In this document: positions 42,255 through 51,560 of the stretch, piece after piece | Layout of the letters: each line of letters begins with the position of its first letter | Position numbering within the stretch: position 1 is the stretch's first letter | Sequence record: MW460245.1 | DNA length: 64,000 nt | Reading direction: 5' to 3' (one strand) | Notes under the pieces: model-generated | What the model was told of the DNA's origin: nothing | What the model saw: only the letters and a program-made list of their open reading frames with translations | The model's database searches: none | Made by a program: the position numbers and the translations under genes

Positions 42255-42566
42255 ATGGCACTTCGTGACGATATCAGCCCGTTCGGCTTCAACATGCCGA
42301 CGGCAGAGGAACTGCGCAAAGTCTCGATCTCACAGACGGGACCGATGATGTGCGCGATGATGAAGGAAGTACGTGACGCGCTGCAGGCAGCGGCAGCGGC
42401 TGGTGAATACAGCACCATCGTCACCCTCAAAGGCACGCACGCAGCACTCGGCGATCAGGTCGAGGAGATTCGACGCATCCTGTGTTTCGATCCGTACCTG
42501 TACACGGCAGCGGTCGTCGGTCATGGTAACGACTTCGTTAACCTGTCTGTTTCGTGGAGCAAGTAA
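42255..42566 (+). CDS. hypothetical protein, W-terminated paralog family
   Basis: MPTAEELR...AAAAAGEYST...LSVSWSK. Confidence 0.7.
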   Translation: MALRDDISPFGFNMPTAEELRKVSISQTGPMMCAMMKEVRDALQAAAAAGEYSTIVTLKGTHAALGDQVEEIRRILCFDPYLYTAAVVGHGNDFVNLSVSWSK

Positions 42567-42567
42567 C

Positions 42568-42831
42568 ATGGCACTCGGATACGTTGACTCGGACATGCCG
42601 AACGTCATGCAGCACGAGCACATCCAGAACAGCATCGCGATTCAGCGCATGTCGCGGCTGGTGGAGAACGATAACGAAAGTGGGCTGTGCCAGCACGAGG
42701 ACTGCGGCCTCCCGATTCCGAAGGCACGTCTGCTGGCGATCCCCAATGCACGGTTCTGCGTGAACTGTCAGGCGAAGGCCGACAAGGTGAAGGTCGGCAT
42801 CAAGGCTCGTAACACGTATACCCACATCTAA
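42568..42831 (+). CDS. TraR/DksA family C4 zinc-finger protein
   Basis: C..EDCGLPIPKARLLAIPNARFCVNCQ signature. Confidence 0.9.
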   Translation: MALGYVDSDMPNVMQHEHIQNSIAIQRMSRLVENDNESGLCQHEDCGLPIPKARLLAIPNARFCVNCQAKADKVKVGIKARNTYTHI

Positions 42832-42841
42832 GGAGACACCT

Positions 42842-43297
42842 GTGTCGCCCCTCACTGTTGATAAGCGCGAGTTCGAATGCTCGCATCAGGGGCGCACGTT
42901 CGCGTGCGTCGCTACGCAAGATCCGTCGCAGGCTGGTATCTGTGACTTCATCGTGGAGGTCAAGGAGACGAATCGTCCGTCGCCGCTGGCAGACCTCTTC
43001 ATCTTCCGCGTCCGCTTCCGTATGACGAGCATCGGCCCGCGTCGCTACGACGTCGGCAATGTGACGATCATGAAGGAAGTGTTCACCGGGCCGGACGCTG
43101 GCCTCCAGCACTTCCGGAACGAATCGCACTTCCTGCCGACGAAGCAATTGGCGGAAAAGGCATTCGAGCACTTCATGACGTTCGTGACTGGCTGGCTGTT
43201 TCACTACGACAAGCAGGTCGAGCTTCAGAAGCAAATCGATTCCGAGAAGGAATGGGCGCAGGTACCGAAGGTGGCAACCAAGATTCGTGGAGCTTGA
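42842..43297 (+). CDS. hypothetical phage protein
   Basis: AAGGAG RBS, GTG start. Confidence 0.75.
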   Translation: MSPLTVDKREFECSHQGRTFACVATQDPSQAGICDFIVEVKETNRPSPLADLFIFRVRFRMTSIGPRRYDVGNVTIMKEVFTGPDAGLQHFRNESHFLPTKQLAEKAFEHFMTFVTGWLFHYDKQVELQKQIDSEKEWAQVPKVATKIRGA

Positions 43298-43300
43298 TGC

Positions 43301-43717
43301 ATGGATGATGTAGTGAAGGCGAACCTCGAGGTGATGGTCGATTCGGTGTTGTCCAACACCTCAGGTGACCTCAGAAAGCGCATGCTGTTGCTGGCTCAGT
43401 TGGCATATGAGGAAGGACGTAAAGAAGAGGTACGCCGCAGTTCGATGCCGCGCACTACTCGGGCAAAAATCGCGGAGGTCACTTCGAAGTCTTGGCAGGA
43501 TCCTGCTGTCAGCGCAGCGCGACGCGTGCGACATAACATCCACGTCGAGTACGACGGCATGAAGATGACCTTCAAGTCGGTGCGCGTGGCATTCGAGAAG
43601 CTTCACTTACCGGAGGTCAAGCATCAACGATTCCGCCTCGAATTGAAGCGGGACGGTAAGCGCAGCATTGATTGGAACGGCATCACCTACAACTTTACTC
43701 TTGGAGAACAACGATGA
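43301..43717 (+). CDS. hypothetical protein, probable DNA-binding C-domain
   Basis: GGAG RBS; [13 protein letters not shown]...HQRFRLELK motif. Confidence 0.7.
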   Translation: MDDVVKANLEVMVDSVLSNTSGDLRKRMLLLAQLAYEEGRKEEVRRSSMPRTTRAKIAEVTSKSWQDPAVSAARRVRHNIHVEYDGMKMTFKSVRVAFEKLHLPEVKHQRFRLELKRDGKRSIDWNGITYNFTLGEQR

Positions 43718-44202
43718 GCGCAATTGGTGCAGAACTTCACGACTTCTTGGTGGCGGTTGAAGGTGTGCAGGAGAAGCATGACCTTTCGACCGAGGAGGTT
43801 ATCCAGCTTTGCTGTCAACATGCAGCAGCGTTGGCAGAGGGCATCGTGCAGCGGCGGAAGCAAGAACGTAAGAAGCCGGCCAAGGTGAAGGAAGAACCGA
43901 TGAAGGCGGAGCCAGCGTTCATTCACAGTATGAAGGTGGTTCCGGCAGATACGCCCTACATATCCGCACGCAATCAGGAGCGCGTCTTCCTTATTGTTAG
44001 CGAACAGCTTGGCATCGCGCGCGCTGAGCTGAAGGCCTCGCAAAGCCTTGTGAACGACCTCGGCGCGGACTCGCTCGATACAGTCGAGCTGGTGATGGCG
44101 ATGGAGGACGAGTTCCAGGTCGAGGTCCAGGACGAAGATGCAGAAGCCTGCATCACGATCCAGGATATCTTCAACCTCGTTGCTCGCAAGGTCAAGCAGT
44201 GA
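43714..44202 (+). CDS. acyl carrier protein fused to an N-terminal domain
   Basis: C-terminal about 75 aa [12 protein letters not shown]...[32 protein letters not shown] closely matches AcpP including the phosphopantetheine Ser (codon 44071). Confidence 0.9.
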   Translation: MSAIGAELHDFLVAVEGVQEKHDLSTEEVIQLCCQHAAALAEGIVQRRKQERKKPAKVKEEPMKAEPAFIHSMKVVPADTPYISARNQERVFLIVSEQLGIARAELKASQSLVNDLGADSLDTVELVMAMEDEFQVEVQDEDAEACITIQDIFNLVARKVKQ

Positions 44203-44627
44203 GCCTGAAGTCAAAAGCGAAGGCAGCCAAGCAACGCGAGCGCAAGCAACAGGAAGCGGCTCGCGAAGCACAACGGCTGGCTGACAATGCGAACCGCCTG
44301 AAAACCATGTCAGGCGGTTTTTCACGTTCGCCTGTGAAACGCAGTACCGTGCAAGCATTCAAGGCGTCTAAGATGCCGCAGTACGTGAAACAACGCGAGG
44401 TGTCGCACGCTGACGGTGATCGATTCTTGCACATGAGTGCCAAGACGAAACCTGCTGTCGTCGGTGAACTTACGCCGGAAATGCAGGCACGCGAGGCGAT
44501 GGCGCAGTCGTATGCAAGGGAGTACAAGAACCGTGTGGCGCCAGCCTATAACAAAGGGCCTGACATGCTCATGAGCGACTCAGAGTATGCAGCCATGAAG
44601 CGCGGTGAACTTAGAAGGAGGTCGTGA
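44199..44627 (+). CDS. conserved-type basic phage protein
   Basis: VAPAYNKGP motif. Confidence 0.75.
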   Translation: MSLKSKAKAAKQRERKQQEAAREAQRLADNANRLKTMSGGFSRSPVKRSTVQAFKASKMPQYVKQREVSHADGDRFLHMSAKTKPAVVGELTPEMQAREAMAQSYAREYKNRVAPAYNKGPDMLMSDSEYAAMKRGELRRRS

Positions 44628-44830
44628 TGGGAATCTACGGATGGGTTGAACCGTTCGTGCTGCCGTATCCGGCAGGCATGAGCAAAGAAGAAAGGCAAGC
44701 AAACGCGTGGCGTAACTTCCGTAAATGCCCTGCATGCGGAGCGGAGAAAGGTGAGTGTTGCCGCACTCCTGCCTGCGCCCAACTCAAGTACGCGCCGCCT
44801 GAATTGCGCGACAAATTTCCGAAGGAATGA
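44624..44830 (+). CDS. small Cys-containing protein
   Basis: GGAGG RBS; CPACGAEKGECC..PAC. Confidence 0.7.
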   Translation: MMGIYGWVEPFVLPYPAGMSKEERQANAWRNFRKCPACGAEKGECCRTPACAQLKYAPPELRDKFPKE

Positions 44831-45015
44831 CAATGAGCGTTACCACTACTTACAGCGAGAAGCACGAGGAGATCATCGAGAACCTCGACCGCACTATTGA
44901 ACTCCTCACTCAGATCATCGGTGAGAAGCGTATGTGGGGCAGCGAAGGTGTTGACCGTAGTAAGCTCGCGAGGAACCTGACCACCCTGCTTGAAGTTCGT
45001 GGAGACCTGGAATGA
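44827..45015 (+). CDS. hypothetical phage protein
   Basis: ATGA-coupled. Confidence 0.7.
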   Translation: MTMSVTTTYSEKHEEIIENLDRTIELLTQIIGEKRMWGSEGVDRSKLARNLTTLLEVRGDLE

Positions 45016-45332
45016 ATCCCTATTCGCACATCCCGCTTTCCAACTCGCCGCATATCGAACCGCCGGACTGCCGTATCGGTGAGGTGAACGACAAGTACCT
45101 GTACCTCGAATGCCTGAACATCGGTACGCTCGGACGTCGCTGGCATTTCTTCGTGACGCTGCATGGCGAACTGTACGAGTTCGATTCGAATGTCGGCTAC
45201 AAGGACCAGCCCGAACTTCATGGCAAGGCACGCTACCGCAAGATTGCTCTTGCTGGTGAAGAATGGCCGGCGCAAGTCAATCACCCCTTCAATCTGGACG
45301 ATCATGCAACTCCTCAAGGGCTGGAAGCGTAA
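45012..45332 (+). CDS. hypothetical phage protein
   Basis: ATGA-coupled. Confidence 0.7.
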   Translation: MNPYSHIPLSNSPHIEPPDCRIGEVNDKYLYLECLNIGTLGRRWHFFVTLHGELYEFDSNVGYKDQPELHGKARYRKIALAGEEWPAQVNHPFNLDDHATPQGLEA

Positions 45333-45558
45333 ACGCCTCCAAGCGAAGTACGACGGGCTCCTCATTGAGCTCGCAGGCATCAAGGCAGAGGTAGTGGCGA
45401 TTGACCGTCAAATCAGGATGACGGAAACCATCAACGAACTCCAGAAACAGACACTGAACAAGAATGCGAAGCGTGGCGCAGAGATCGCGCAGCACCTTCG
45501 CGTCCTTGATCGTGCGCTGTGGGCGATAGCGCCTAAGACCAAGGCGGAGGTGCGATGA
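45304..45558 (+). CDS. coiled-coil protein
   Basis: Overlapping ORF with heptad pattern. Confidence 0.65.
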   Translation: MQLLKGWKRKRLQAKYDGLLIELAGIKAEVVAIDRQIRMTETINELQKQTLNKNAKRGAEIAQHLRVLDRALWAIAPKTKAEVR

Positions 45559-45713
45559 GTCCGTGGACTAAGTTCCTGCTTGGCGTGTTGGCTTTCAATG
45601 CCCTCGCCGCAGTGGCATACGGTATTCGTGTTGAATACAAGGCGCGTAAGCGAATGATCGAAGACATTCGCGCACGCAAGAAGGTCATAGAGATTTGGAG
45701 GGATCATGAGTGA
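45555..45713 (+). CDS. 52-aa single-TM protein (not in ORF track)
   Basis: GGAGG RBS; ATGA overlap. Confidence 0.65.
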   Translation: MSPWTKFLLGVLAFNALAAVAYGIRVEYKARKRMIEDIRARKKVIEIWRDHE

Positions 45714-46062
45714 AGGCATCCTGACCTTGCGTCAGCAGTTCGAGAACAAGCTTTGTAGGATGTATCCACACGATCCGGGCCGCCTGCATCGGTATCAGGA
45801 AGACGATCCTGACGGAATTCCTGTTCCCGAATGGGCTTCTGTAGGCGACTACAGCTTGGAAACTACGCAAGTCCTCTGGCTCGGCTACTGCATGCGCAAT
45901 GACGAGCTCCAGCCTCTTCTCAAGGACTCCCTAGAATTCGTAACTAGCTTCAACGACTATGGTACGCGGCAGTCTATGGGAAGCGCATGGTGCCTCACGA
46001 CCGATGTCCTCATTACGTCCTTGGAGGAACAAATTGAAGAAGGAACACCTGAAGCACGGTGA
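45706..46062 (+). CDS. hypothetical phage protein
   Basis: GGAGG RBS. Confidence 0.7.
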   Translation: MSEGILTLRQQFENKLCRMYPHDPGRLHRYQEDDPDGIPVPEWASVGDYSLETTQVLWLGYCMRNDELQPLLKDSLEFVTSFNDYGTRQSMGSAWCLTTDVLITSLEEQIEEGTPEAR

Positions 46063-46312
46063 CCTCGTCGCGGTGCGGGGTGAATCACGTAAATACGTGG
46101 CACTGGAAGTCTCCCATATGGAGTGGACGCGGCGAGGACTCAACGTATCCGGCCCCGGCCTACACCTCTTCGGTGGGTACTGGTATCCAGGCCACCCACT
46201 GACACCTGATCCCTATGGGAAGGTGCTGGATCTCAAATACCTCGATGACAGCGAGCTCCATGTCGTCGGCAAGGTGCGAACACACTACGCGGCAGAACGA
46301 CACTGCCGCTGA
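46034..46312 (+). CDS. hypothetical protein, SH3/KOW-like
   Basis: GGAGG RBS, TTG start; LKHGDLVAV. Confidence 0.65.
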   Translation: MKKEHLKHGDLVAVRGESRKYVALEVSHMEWTRRGLNVSGPGLHLFGGYWYPGHPLTPDPYGKVLDLKYLDDSELHVVGKVRTHYAAERHCR

Positions 46313-46321
46313 ACAGGAGGA

Positions 46322-46729
46322 ATGATGGAAGTGAACTGGCGAGGACGCAACGGGGTTAGTCTCGGTATCACCGGTGAGCTGACGATTCAGGAGGCAAAGC
46401 TGAAACAGTCTGAACACATGGTGAAGCCGACGTTGGTATGCGTTGACGAAGCAGGTGTTACGTGGGAAGTTGATCGCATTGCGATGAAGAACGAGCTCAA
46501 GCCCATTGCGTTGCCCTCGCCGTTCAAAGCCCGCTACCGACTTACAGAGTGGTATCACACATGGCGTCAGGCGTCGTATTACGCGGACGCAGAGTCGGTC
46601 GAAGATGCAAAGGACCAAGTCCTAAGGCACTTCGAGAATGTGCAGCGTGACAAACTGACATTCGAGTTGGAGGATTCCTACTCGGTGTCGAAGCCGACAG
46701 GCGAACCTATTGAAAGGAAAGCAACATGA
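46322..46729 (+). CDS. hypothetical phage protein
   Basis: AGGAGG RBS. Confidence 0.75.
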   Translation: MMEVNWRGRNGVSLGITGELTIQEAKLKQSEHMVKPTLVCVDEAGVTWEVDRIAMKNELKPIALPSPFKARYRLTEWYHTWRQASYYADAESVEDAKDQVLRHFENVQRDKLTFELEDSYSVSKPTGEPIERKAT

Positions 46730-47370
46730 CCAAGACCAGTATTCCTCTGAAGGAACCCTTTGGTCCTATCGAGATCCTTCGTATCAACGACGTGGTGCGC
46801 TATCGAATCCCACGGCAGCGTGACACGAATCCTCAGTCTGGTTGGGGTGTTGTCGTGCGCCTCCCCTCACACGACGAAGGTTTCATTAACCTGGCTAAGG
46901 CAGATGGCGTCACTTGCATCTTCCAGCAGGAAATCATGGAGATCGTCCCGACTAGCCAGCTGCGGTCGCGTGACCTCGTCAAGTTCATCAATGAGCGCGG
47001 TGTTACGATGACGCTGCCGTTCCGCGAGCTGAATAAAGAAACGCTGAGTGCTGTCATGCTTGGAGGTTCGACCTATCCCCTTTGGGACGTGCGTGGTATG
47101 CAGGAGCCTGATGCAGGCTATGATCGACGCGGCTGGGTGAACGGTACGCGCAAGATCAGCCTGAACGACCTGATGGCGAGGCTCGACAAGTACATCACGG
47201 CCGGCTGTGCGCACGAGCGTAGTATTGATAACTCAGGCTTCTCTGCGGATACGCGTGACTCCTTGGAGAAAGCGAGACTCTCGGCTAGTGAGAACTTCAA
47301 GCACGGCCTGCGCCTCATCCTGATGAATGGTCTGACTGAGGAAGACAAGGAGGTCATCAATGACGACTGA
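46726..47370 (+). CDS. hypothetical protein, SH3-like repeats possible
   Basis: ATGA-coupled; LRINDVVRY and LRSRDLVKF segments. Confidence 0.75.
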   Translation: MTKTSIPLKEPFGPIEILRINDVVRYRIPRQRDTNPQSGWGVVVRLPSHDEGFINLAKADGVTCIFQQEIMEIVPTSQLRSRDLVKFINERGVTMTLPFRELNKETLSAVMLGGSTYPLWDVRGMQEPDAGYDRRGWVNGTRKISLNDLMARLDKYITAGCAHERSIDNSGFSADTRDSLEKARLSASENFKHGLRLILMNGLTEEDKEVINDD

Positions 47371-47809
47371 CGTTCCGAAGTCTGGCACAGTGCAGCTTCG
47401 TGTGCCGTGTGCAGTGAGATTCCAAGAGCTTGCTGTCTACCAAGAGGGCGTGCTGATTCGTATCGACGGTGTGAGGGCTTACGTAAGAACAGAGCTGCCA
47501 CATCGACCGGCAGGTGATCTCCACGAGATTCATATCAACAACATTTTCGAGGCGAGGCTCTCTGACTACGAGGAGTGGCGCCCTGTAGGCCGGAGTACCG
47601 TAGACCAACGCACTGGTTTTCTGTATCGCTGGCGCTTGAGGAAGCTGCACAAACTCCAGCAGCAATACGCAGAGGAGTCTGTCGAAATCCGTCATATGCG
47701 GATGAACAGCAGCTATCACCCCAATGTAATCATGTCTAAGGACGCTCGTATTGCCGGTCTGGTCGAGCGCATCGATCAATTGAAGTACCTGCTCAAGATG
47801 GAGGCATGA
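47360..47809 (+). CDS. hypothetical phage protein
   Basis: AAGGAGG RBS. Confidence 0.75.
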   Translation: MTTDVPKSGTVQLRVPCAVRFQELAVYQEGVLIRIDGVRAYVRTELPHRPAGDLHEIHINNIFEARLSDYEEWRPVGRSTVDQRTGFLYRWRLRKLHKLQQQYAEESVEIRHMRMNSSYHPNVIMSKDARIAGLVERIDQLKYLLKMEA

Positions 47810-48288
47810 TGCCACTGGTTATCGGAAACAGGATCACATTTCAGGACGTCATTAGCGGTACGTCCGCATCTGGCAGGATCAGTGGTCTCTTCTTCATCCA
47901 GGACACTGACATCCTGGCGAAGTATGAGGTTAAGACGATGCGGTATGGTGTAGAATGCATCGAGCAGGTGATGCCTAACGAAGTAACCGGCGTCAACGAC
48001 ATGCCGTACAACGAGTATCGCCTACGTCTCATCGACAAGTGGCGACTGGCACGGCTCGAAAGCATCCGTGATGCTCTGGATCAAGCGCGTAAACAGTTCT
48101 ACTACCTGCTGGAGAACACGCACGGTGAGCAGCGGTTCCAGTCGCTGGGGAAGTTGGAGCGGCTGTCGATTCGCACCGACTGCCTTCAGAAGCGGTTCAA
48201 CAAGGTGAAGCTGAAGTTGCGCGAACGCTACCCGTACCAGTACCATGATCCTGAAATCGTCAACGCCGTGAAGTGGAAGGTGAAATGA
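47806..48288 (+). CDS. hypothetical phage protein
   Basis: GGAGG RBS, ATGA-coupled. Confidence 0.75.
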   Translation: MMPLVIGNRITFQDVISGTSASGRISGLFFIQDTDILAKYEVKTMRYGVECIEQVMPNEVTGVNDMPYNEYRLRLIDKWRLARLESIRDALDQARKQFYYLLENTHGEQRFQSLGKLERLSIRTDCLQKRFNKVKLKLRERYPYQYHDPEIVNAVKWKVK

Positions 48289-48641
48289 AATTCCCTGTCG
48301 GCATTTTCGATTCGATGACCAACTGCCTGACGAAGTATGCCACTGAGGGCACGATAAGCTGTATCGATACGCGCACGTATAAGCAGGTGAAGTATCAGGG
48401 TTTCTACAAAGGCGGTCCAGTCCTCCTCGACTTTGAGGATGAACAGGCTCACGTGCCGTCGATTGATCTTCTCGGCAGGATCGAGCCGTCGTTCGGCGGC
48501 TACAAGCGTACCGTAGAGCTGGAGGGCATCATCTTCTTTGGCCTGTGGCCTATGCAGCGGGTCAAGGCGAATGAATGGCTCTGTAGCTTCGACGTTGCAG
48601 TGCTCGCTGCGAACCAAATCAAAGAGGTGGGCAATGAATGA
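48285..48641 (+). CDS. hypothetical phage protein
   Basis: ATGA-coupled. Confidence 0.7.
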   Translation: MKFPVGIFDSMTNCLTKYATEGTISCIDTRTYKQVKYQGFYKGGPVLLDFEDEQAHVPSIDLLGRIEPSFGGYKRTVELEGIIFFGLWPMQRVKANEWLCSFDVAVLAANQIKEVGNE

Positions 48642-48831
48642 AGCGGTCGAGGTTAAACACGAGGTGAAGGTCTTCGAGGTCAATGCAGCATGCGGCTGCG
48701 GTGGTACGTTCATTGCCACTGGCCTTGTCATGACTGCCAGTCCTCCCATTTACGAGCACCGGTGCAGTAGCTGCGGTAAATACAACAACTTCCGGAAGCG
48801 CTATCCTGCAACTGAATTCAAGAGAGTCTGA
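48634..48831 (+). CDS. small Zn-ribbon protein
   Basis: GAGG RBS; CGCGG...HRCSSC. Confidence 0.75.
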   Translation: MNEAVEVKHEVKVFEVNAACGCGGTFIATGLVMTASPPIYEHRCSSCGKYNNFRKRYPATEFKRV

Positions 48832-48832
48832 T

Positions 48833-49918
48833 ATGAAACCCCAACGTCTGAATGAATTTCGCCGTGCCACCTACGACACGGTCCCGCCGGGTGCATCCCT
48901 GACCATCATCACCTTCGCGCCTTCGGTTTGGCGCAAGCTGTTGAAGGGCGAAGACAAAAAGCGCCACATCGAGTATGCAAGCCCGCAGAAGGTCTACCAC
49001 AGCCGCAACGGCTTCAAGATCGATGAAGGTCGTGCAGTCATCGTTGACCATATCGATGACCGTTATGGCAACATGATGCTTGAGGTCGATTGGTTCTATG
49101 AGAGCTATACGACCTACAAGTATGTATCCCTTCACATCCCGGGTTATGTCGATACGCTGCGCAAGGAATTCCTGAAGAGCATTCCGAAGGACAAGCAGGC
49201 ATTCGTCGTCACGGAAGGCTTCGACCATGGTGCACCGCGGGTGCTTCGCTGGTCCAAGGTCAAGTGGGAGGTCAACACACGACCTGCCAACAAGACGAAG
49301 TGCTGGACAGTCGATGAGGTGCTCAAGCGTGAAAGCGAGCCGGTGAAGTTTCTTGCCGGTACAGACCTCGTGATTTACGAGTACGATATCAATCGCCTCG
49401 AACGCGTGACCGTAAAGGACTCAGATCGTTTTCGTGACATGCTGAACTTCGTGGATGACGTGGCGGCTGTGCAGTTCCCGATCGTGTTGAAGTATACCGA
49501 TCGTGAGGTGGACGCTTCGCGCGAGCGTGCAGCGCACTTCGAGTCGGTGAACTACGATAAATTCAAACGGCTTGACTTCCAAGTGACCCGAGAACTTGTC
49601 GAGCAGGAGGTCAAAGCGAAGGCCAAGACTATTCCGGAAGACGAAGACCTGGATGGTTGTGAGGATTGCGCATCTGGCGACGACTGCGGTTGCGACATGG
49701 AAGTTCACCAAGCGCTCATGGCTCAGGTCCAGGCAATGGTCGCCAAGTTCAATGGCATGGTGATTCAACACGCTGCAGGCAGCAGGAAGTACGAGGGTGG
49801 TGCGTTTGCACTGGCTGGTCGAGAGCTCATCGATGCAATGGCGAAGGCTGGTCTCTGCAAAGACACGCTGGTCGACCAGCTGAATGCGCGTCTTGTCTTA
49901 GGAGACGTAAATGGCTAA
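48833..49918 (+). CDS. hypothetical protein (361 aa)
   Basis: Long clean ORF; C-terminal acidic Cys cluster CEDC...CGC. Confidence 0.8.
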   Translation: MKPQRLNEFRRATYDTVPPGASLTIITFAPSVWRKLLKGEDKKRHIEYASPQKVYHSRNGFKIDEGRAVIVDHIDDRYGNMMLEVDWFYESYTTYKYVSLHIPGYVDTLRKEFLKSIPKDKQAFVVTEGFDHGAPRVLRWSKVKWEVNTRPANKTKCWTVDEVLKRESEPVKFLAGTDLVIYEYDINRLERVTVKDSDRFRDMLNFVDDVAAVQFPIVLKYTDREVDASRERAAHFESVNYDKFKRLDFQVTRELVEQEVKAKAKTIPEDEDLDGCEDCASGDDCGCDMEVHQALMAQVQAMVAKFNGMVIQHAAGSRKYEGGAFALAGRELIDAMAKAGLCKDTLVDQLNARLVLGDVNG

Positions 49919-50162
49919 GGCGCAATACTACCGAGGTGGGCGGTTCGCGCCTAACACTCACCTCGCAGAGCTTCACACGGCCTGGGAGAAGACGCATCCT
50001 AGCGCGAAGGTTGAGATCGAGGTGCACGACCCGAAGACCAACAAAACAACGAAGGTCTTCGTGAACGCAAAGACACACGCCCGTGCCAAATTGGACGACC
50101 ACTTCGAGGCTCTGGAGGCGCAGTTCAAGCAGGACTATCCGACCTGGAAGGCATACCCATGA
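49911..50162 (+). CDS. hypothetical phage protein
   Basis: AGGAG RBS. Confidence 0.75.
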   Translation: MAKAQYYRGGRFAPNTHLAELHTAWEKTHPSAKVEIEVHDPKTNKTTKVFVNAKTHARAKLDDHFEALEAQFKQDYPTWKAYP

Positions 50163-50521
50163 TTACCGATTATCTGGTCATCGACTCCCAGGACAACCTT
50201 GCTGTCATACGAGTCGACTCATACAGCTTCACGAACCTGCAATTCGAGCACATGAAGTTCTGCCAGAAGGTGTGGGCAGTGGCGCTCGGCGATGAATGCC
50301 TCATAGTGCGGATGGAAGGTGGTGTTCTGAAGAACGAGCTGAAGTACGGTATCAACCTTGTGCCGCGCAAGCCGATCCCTATGGCGAAGCCGATCTATGG
50401 CAAGCTGAGGGCTTCAACGCTACCTCCTGAGAAGCGGATGTCATTCCGTCTCGGTTGGCAAGCGTCTAATGGCTTCGAGGTTCCGCGTAAAGAAGTGCTA
50501 CGACTCTATGAGGTTCAATGA
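50159..50521 (+). CDS. hypothetical phage protein
   Basis: ATGA-coupled. Confidence 0.7.
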   Translation: MITDYLVIDSQDNLAVIRVDSYSFTNLQFEHMKFCQKVWAVALGDECLIVRMEGGVLKNELKYGINLVPRKPIPMAKPIYGKLRASTLPPEKRMSFRLGWQASNGFEVPRKEVLRLYEVQ

Positions 50522-50757
50522 TGGCGCGTAAGACATTCGAGATTAGCGAGGGCACTGCGATTCAGGTGCAGGCCATCGAGTACAAGGGCAAGCAACGAAT
50601 CTCCATTCGCCAGATGTACAAAAAGAAAGGTGAGAAGAAGTGGAGCCCGGCAAAGCAAGGCATCACCCTTCCCAAGGAGAACGCGAAGGAGATTGCCAAG
50701 AGGATCCTGAAGTACGCGGATCTGGACGATGACGAATTCGAGAAGGTGGGAGAATGA
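50518..50757 (+). CDS. PC4/YdbC-like ssDNA-binding protein
   Basis: IEYKGKQRISIRQMY.....W.PAKQGITL matches the PC4 fold signature. Confidence 0.8.
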   Translation: MMARKTFEISEGTAIQVQAIEYKGKQRISIRQMYKKKGEKKWSPAKQGITLPKENAKEIAKRILKYADLDDDEFEKVGE

Positions 50758-51008
50758 AAGCAAACTTTAGCGTGTCGCAGTTCTTGCGGGACGGCGAAGA
50801 GAGCAAGCGGTACAAGGTGACGCCTATTGTACCTGGGTACGCGCAGATCGAAGACATCCGACAGAACCGTGTCGTTGTTCAATCGGTTGATATCGACCTC
50901 GCTCCCTCGCTGCTGCGCTTTCTCCACAACCGTAGCGTCCTGCAAGAGAACGGTTTCGTGGAAGGCCGCTTCCCTCGTGTCAAGAAAGAAGTAGGAAACC
51001 AGTCATGA
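50754..51008 (+). CDS. hypothetical phage protein
   Basis: ATGA-coupled. Confidence 0.7.
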   Translation: MKANFSVSQFLRDGEESKRYKVTPIVPGYAQIEDIRQNRVVVQSVDIDLAPSLLRFLHNRSVLQENGFVEGRFPRVKKEVGNQS

Positions 51009-51502
51009 GGCAATACTTCTACAAGCAGCACCAATGCACGGCGCACGACGCAGGCGATCCAGAGTGTATATGCTGGCATGACGAGGGTACTGGCCCGTTC
51101 CCTGACCGACGCGAAAGCGATACCAATAGATATAGCTGGCGGGACAAGCCGGTCCAGCAAACAACCGAGCGAACCATTCGGGAACGGATTTGCGAGATTC
51201 GGACGAGCCTTCTGGCAACTTCGCTGCCTTACGAGACTGCTCGACTTCTCCGTAAAGAGTTGAGTGAGCTCCAAGAGAAGCATTACGTGCCGCTGCATAC
51301 AGCAGCCCAGTATTTGGAGTTTCTCTCGACGCACGAGGTCACTACGAAACGGATCAATGTTCAGGATACTAACCGACCTTACGTCTGGTGTCTGTTCAAC
51401 ATCGCGTGCCAGCATGTGTACGGCGACACAGTGAAGGAGTGTCTCGACAAGGCGATGGCAATCGTATATCGCAAACCGAGGATCAGTCACGTCTTGCTGT
51501 AA
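51005..51502 (+). CDS. hypothetical phage protein
   Basis: ATGA-coupled; CICWHDEGTGP motif. Confidence 0.7.
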   Translation: MRQYFYKQHQCTAHDAGDPECICWHDEGTGPFPDRRESDTNRYSWRDKPVQQTTERTIRERICEIRTSLLATSLPYETARLLRKELSELQEKHYVPLHTAAQYLEFLSTHEVTTKRINVQDTNRPYVWCLFNIACQHVYGDTVKECLDKAMAIVYRKPRISHVLL

Positions 51503-51511
51503 TCCCACGTA

Positions 51512-51518
51512 GTAAATA
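51512..51518 (+). promoter_or_regulatory. putative late promoter
   Basis: TAGTAAATAG in the intergenic gap upstream of the MazG-like gene. Confidence 0.5.
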
Positions 51519-51560
51519 GCAGTCGTAGCACAACACCAACCCTTTCCTAAAGAGTACAAC

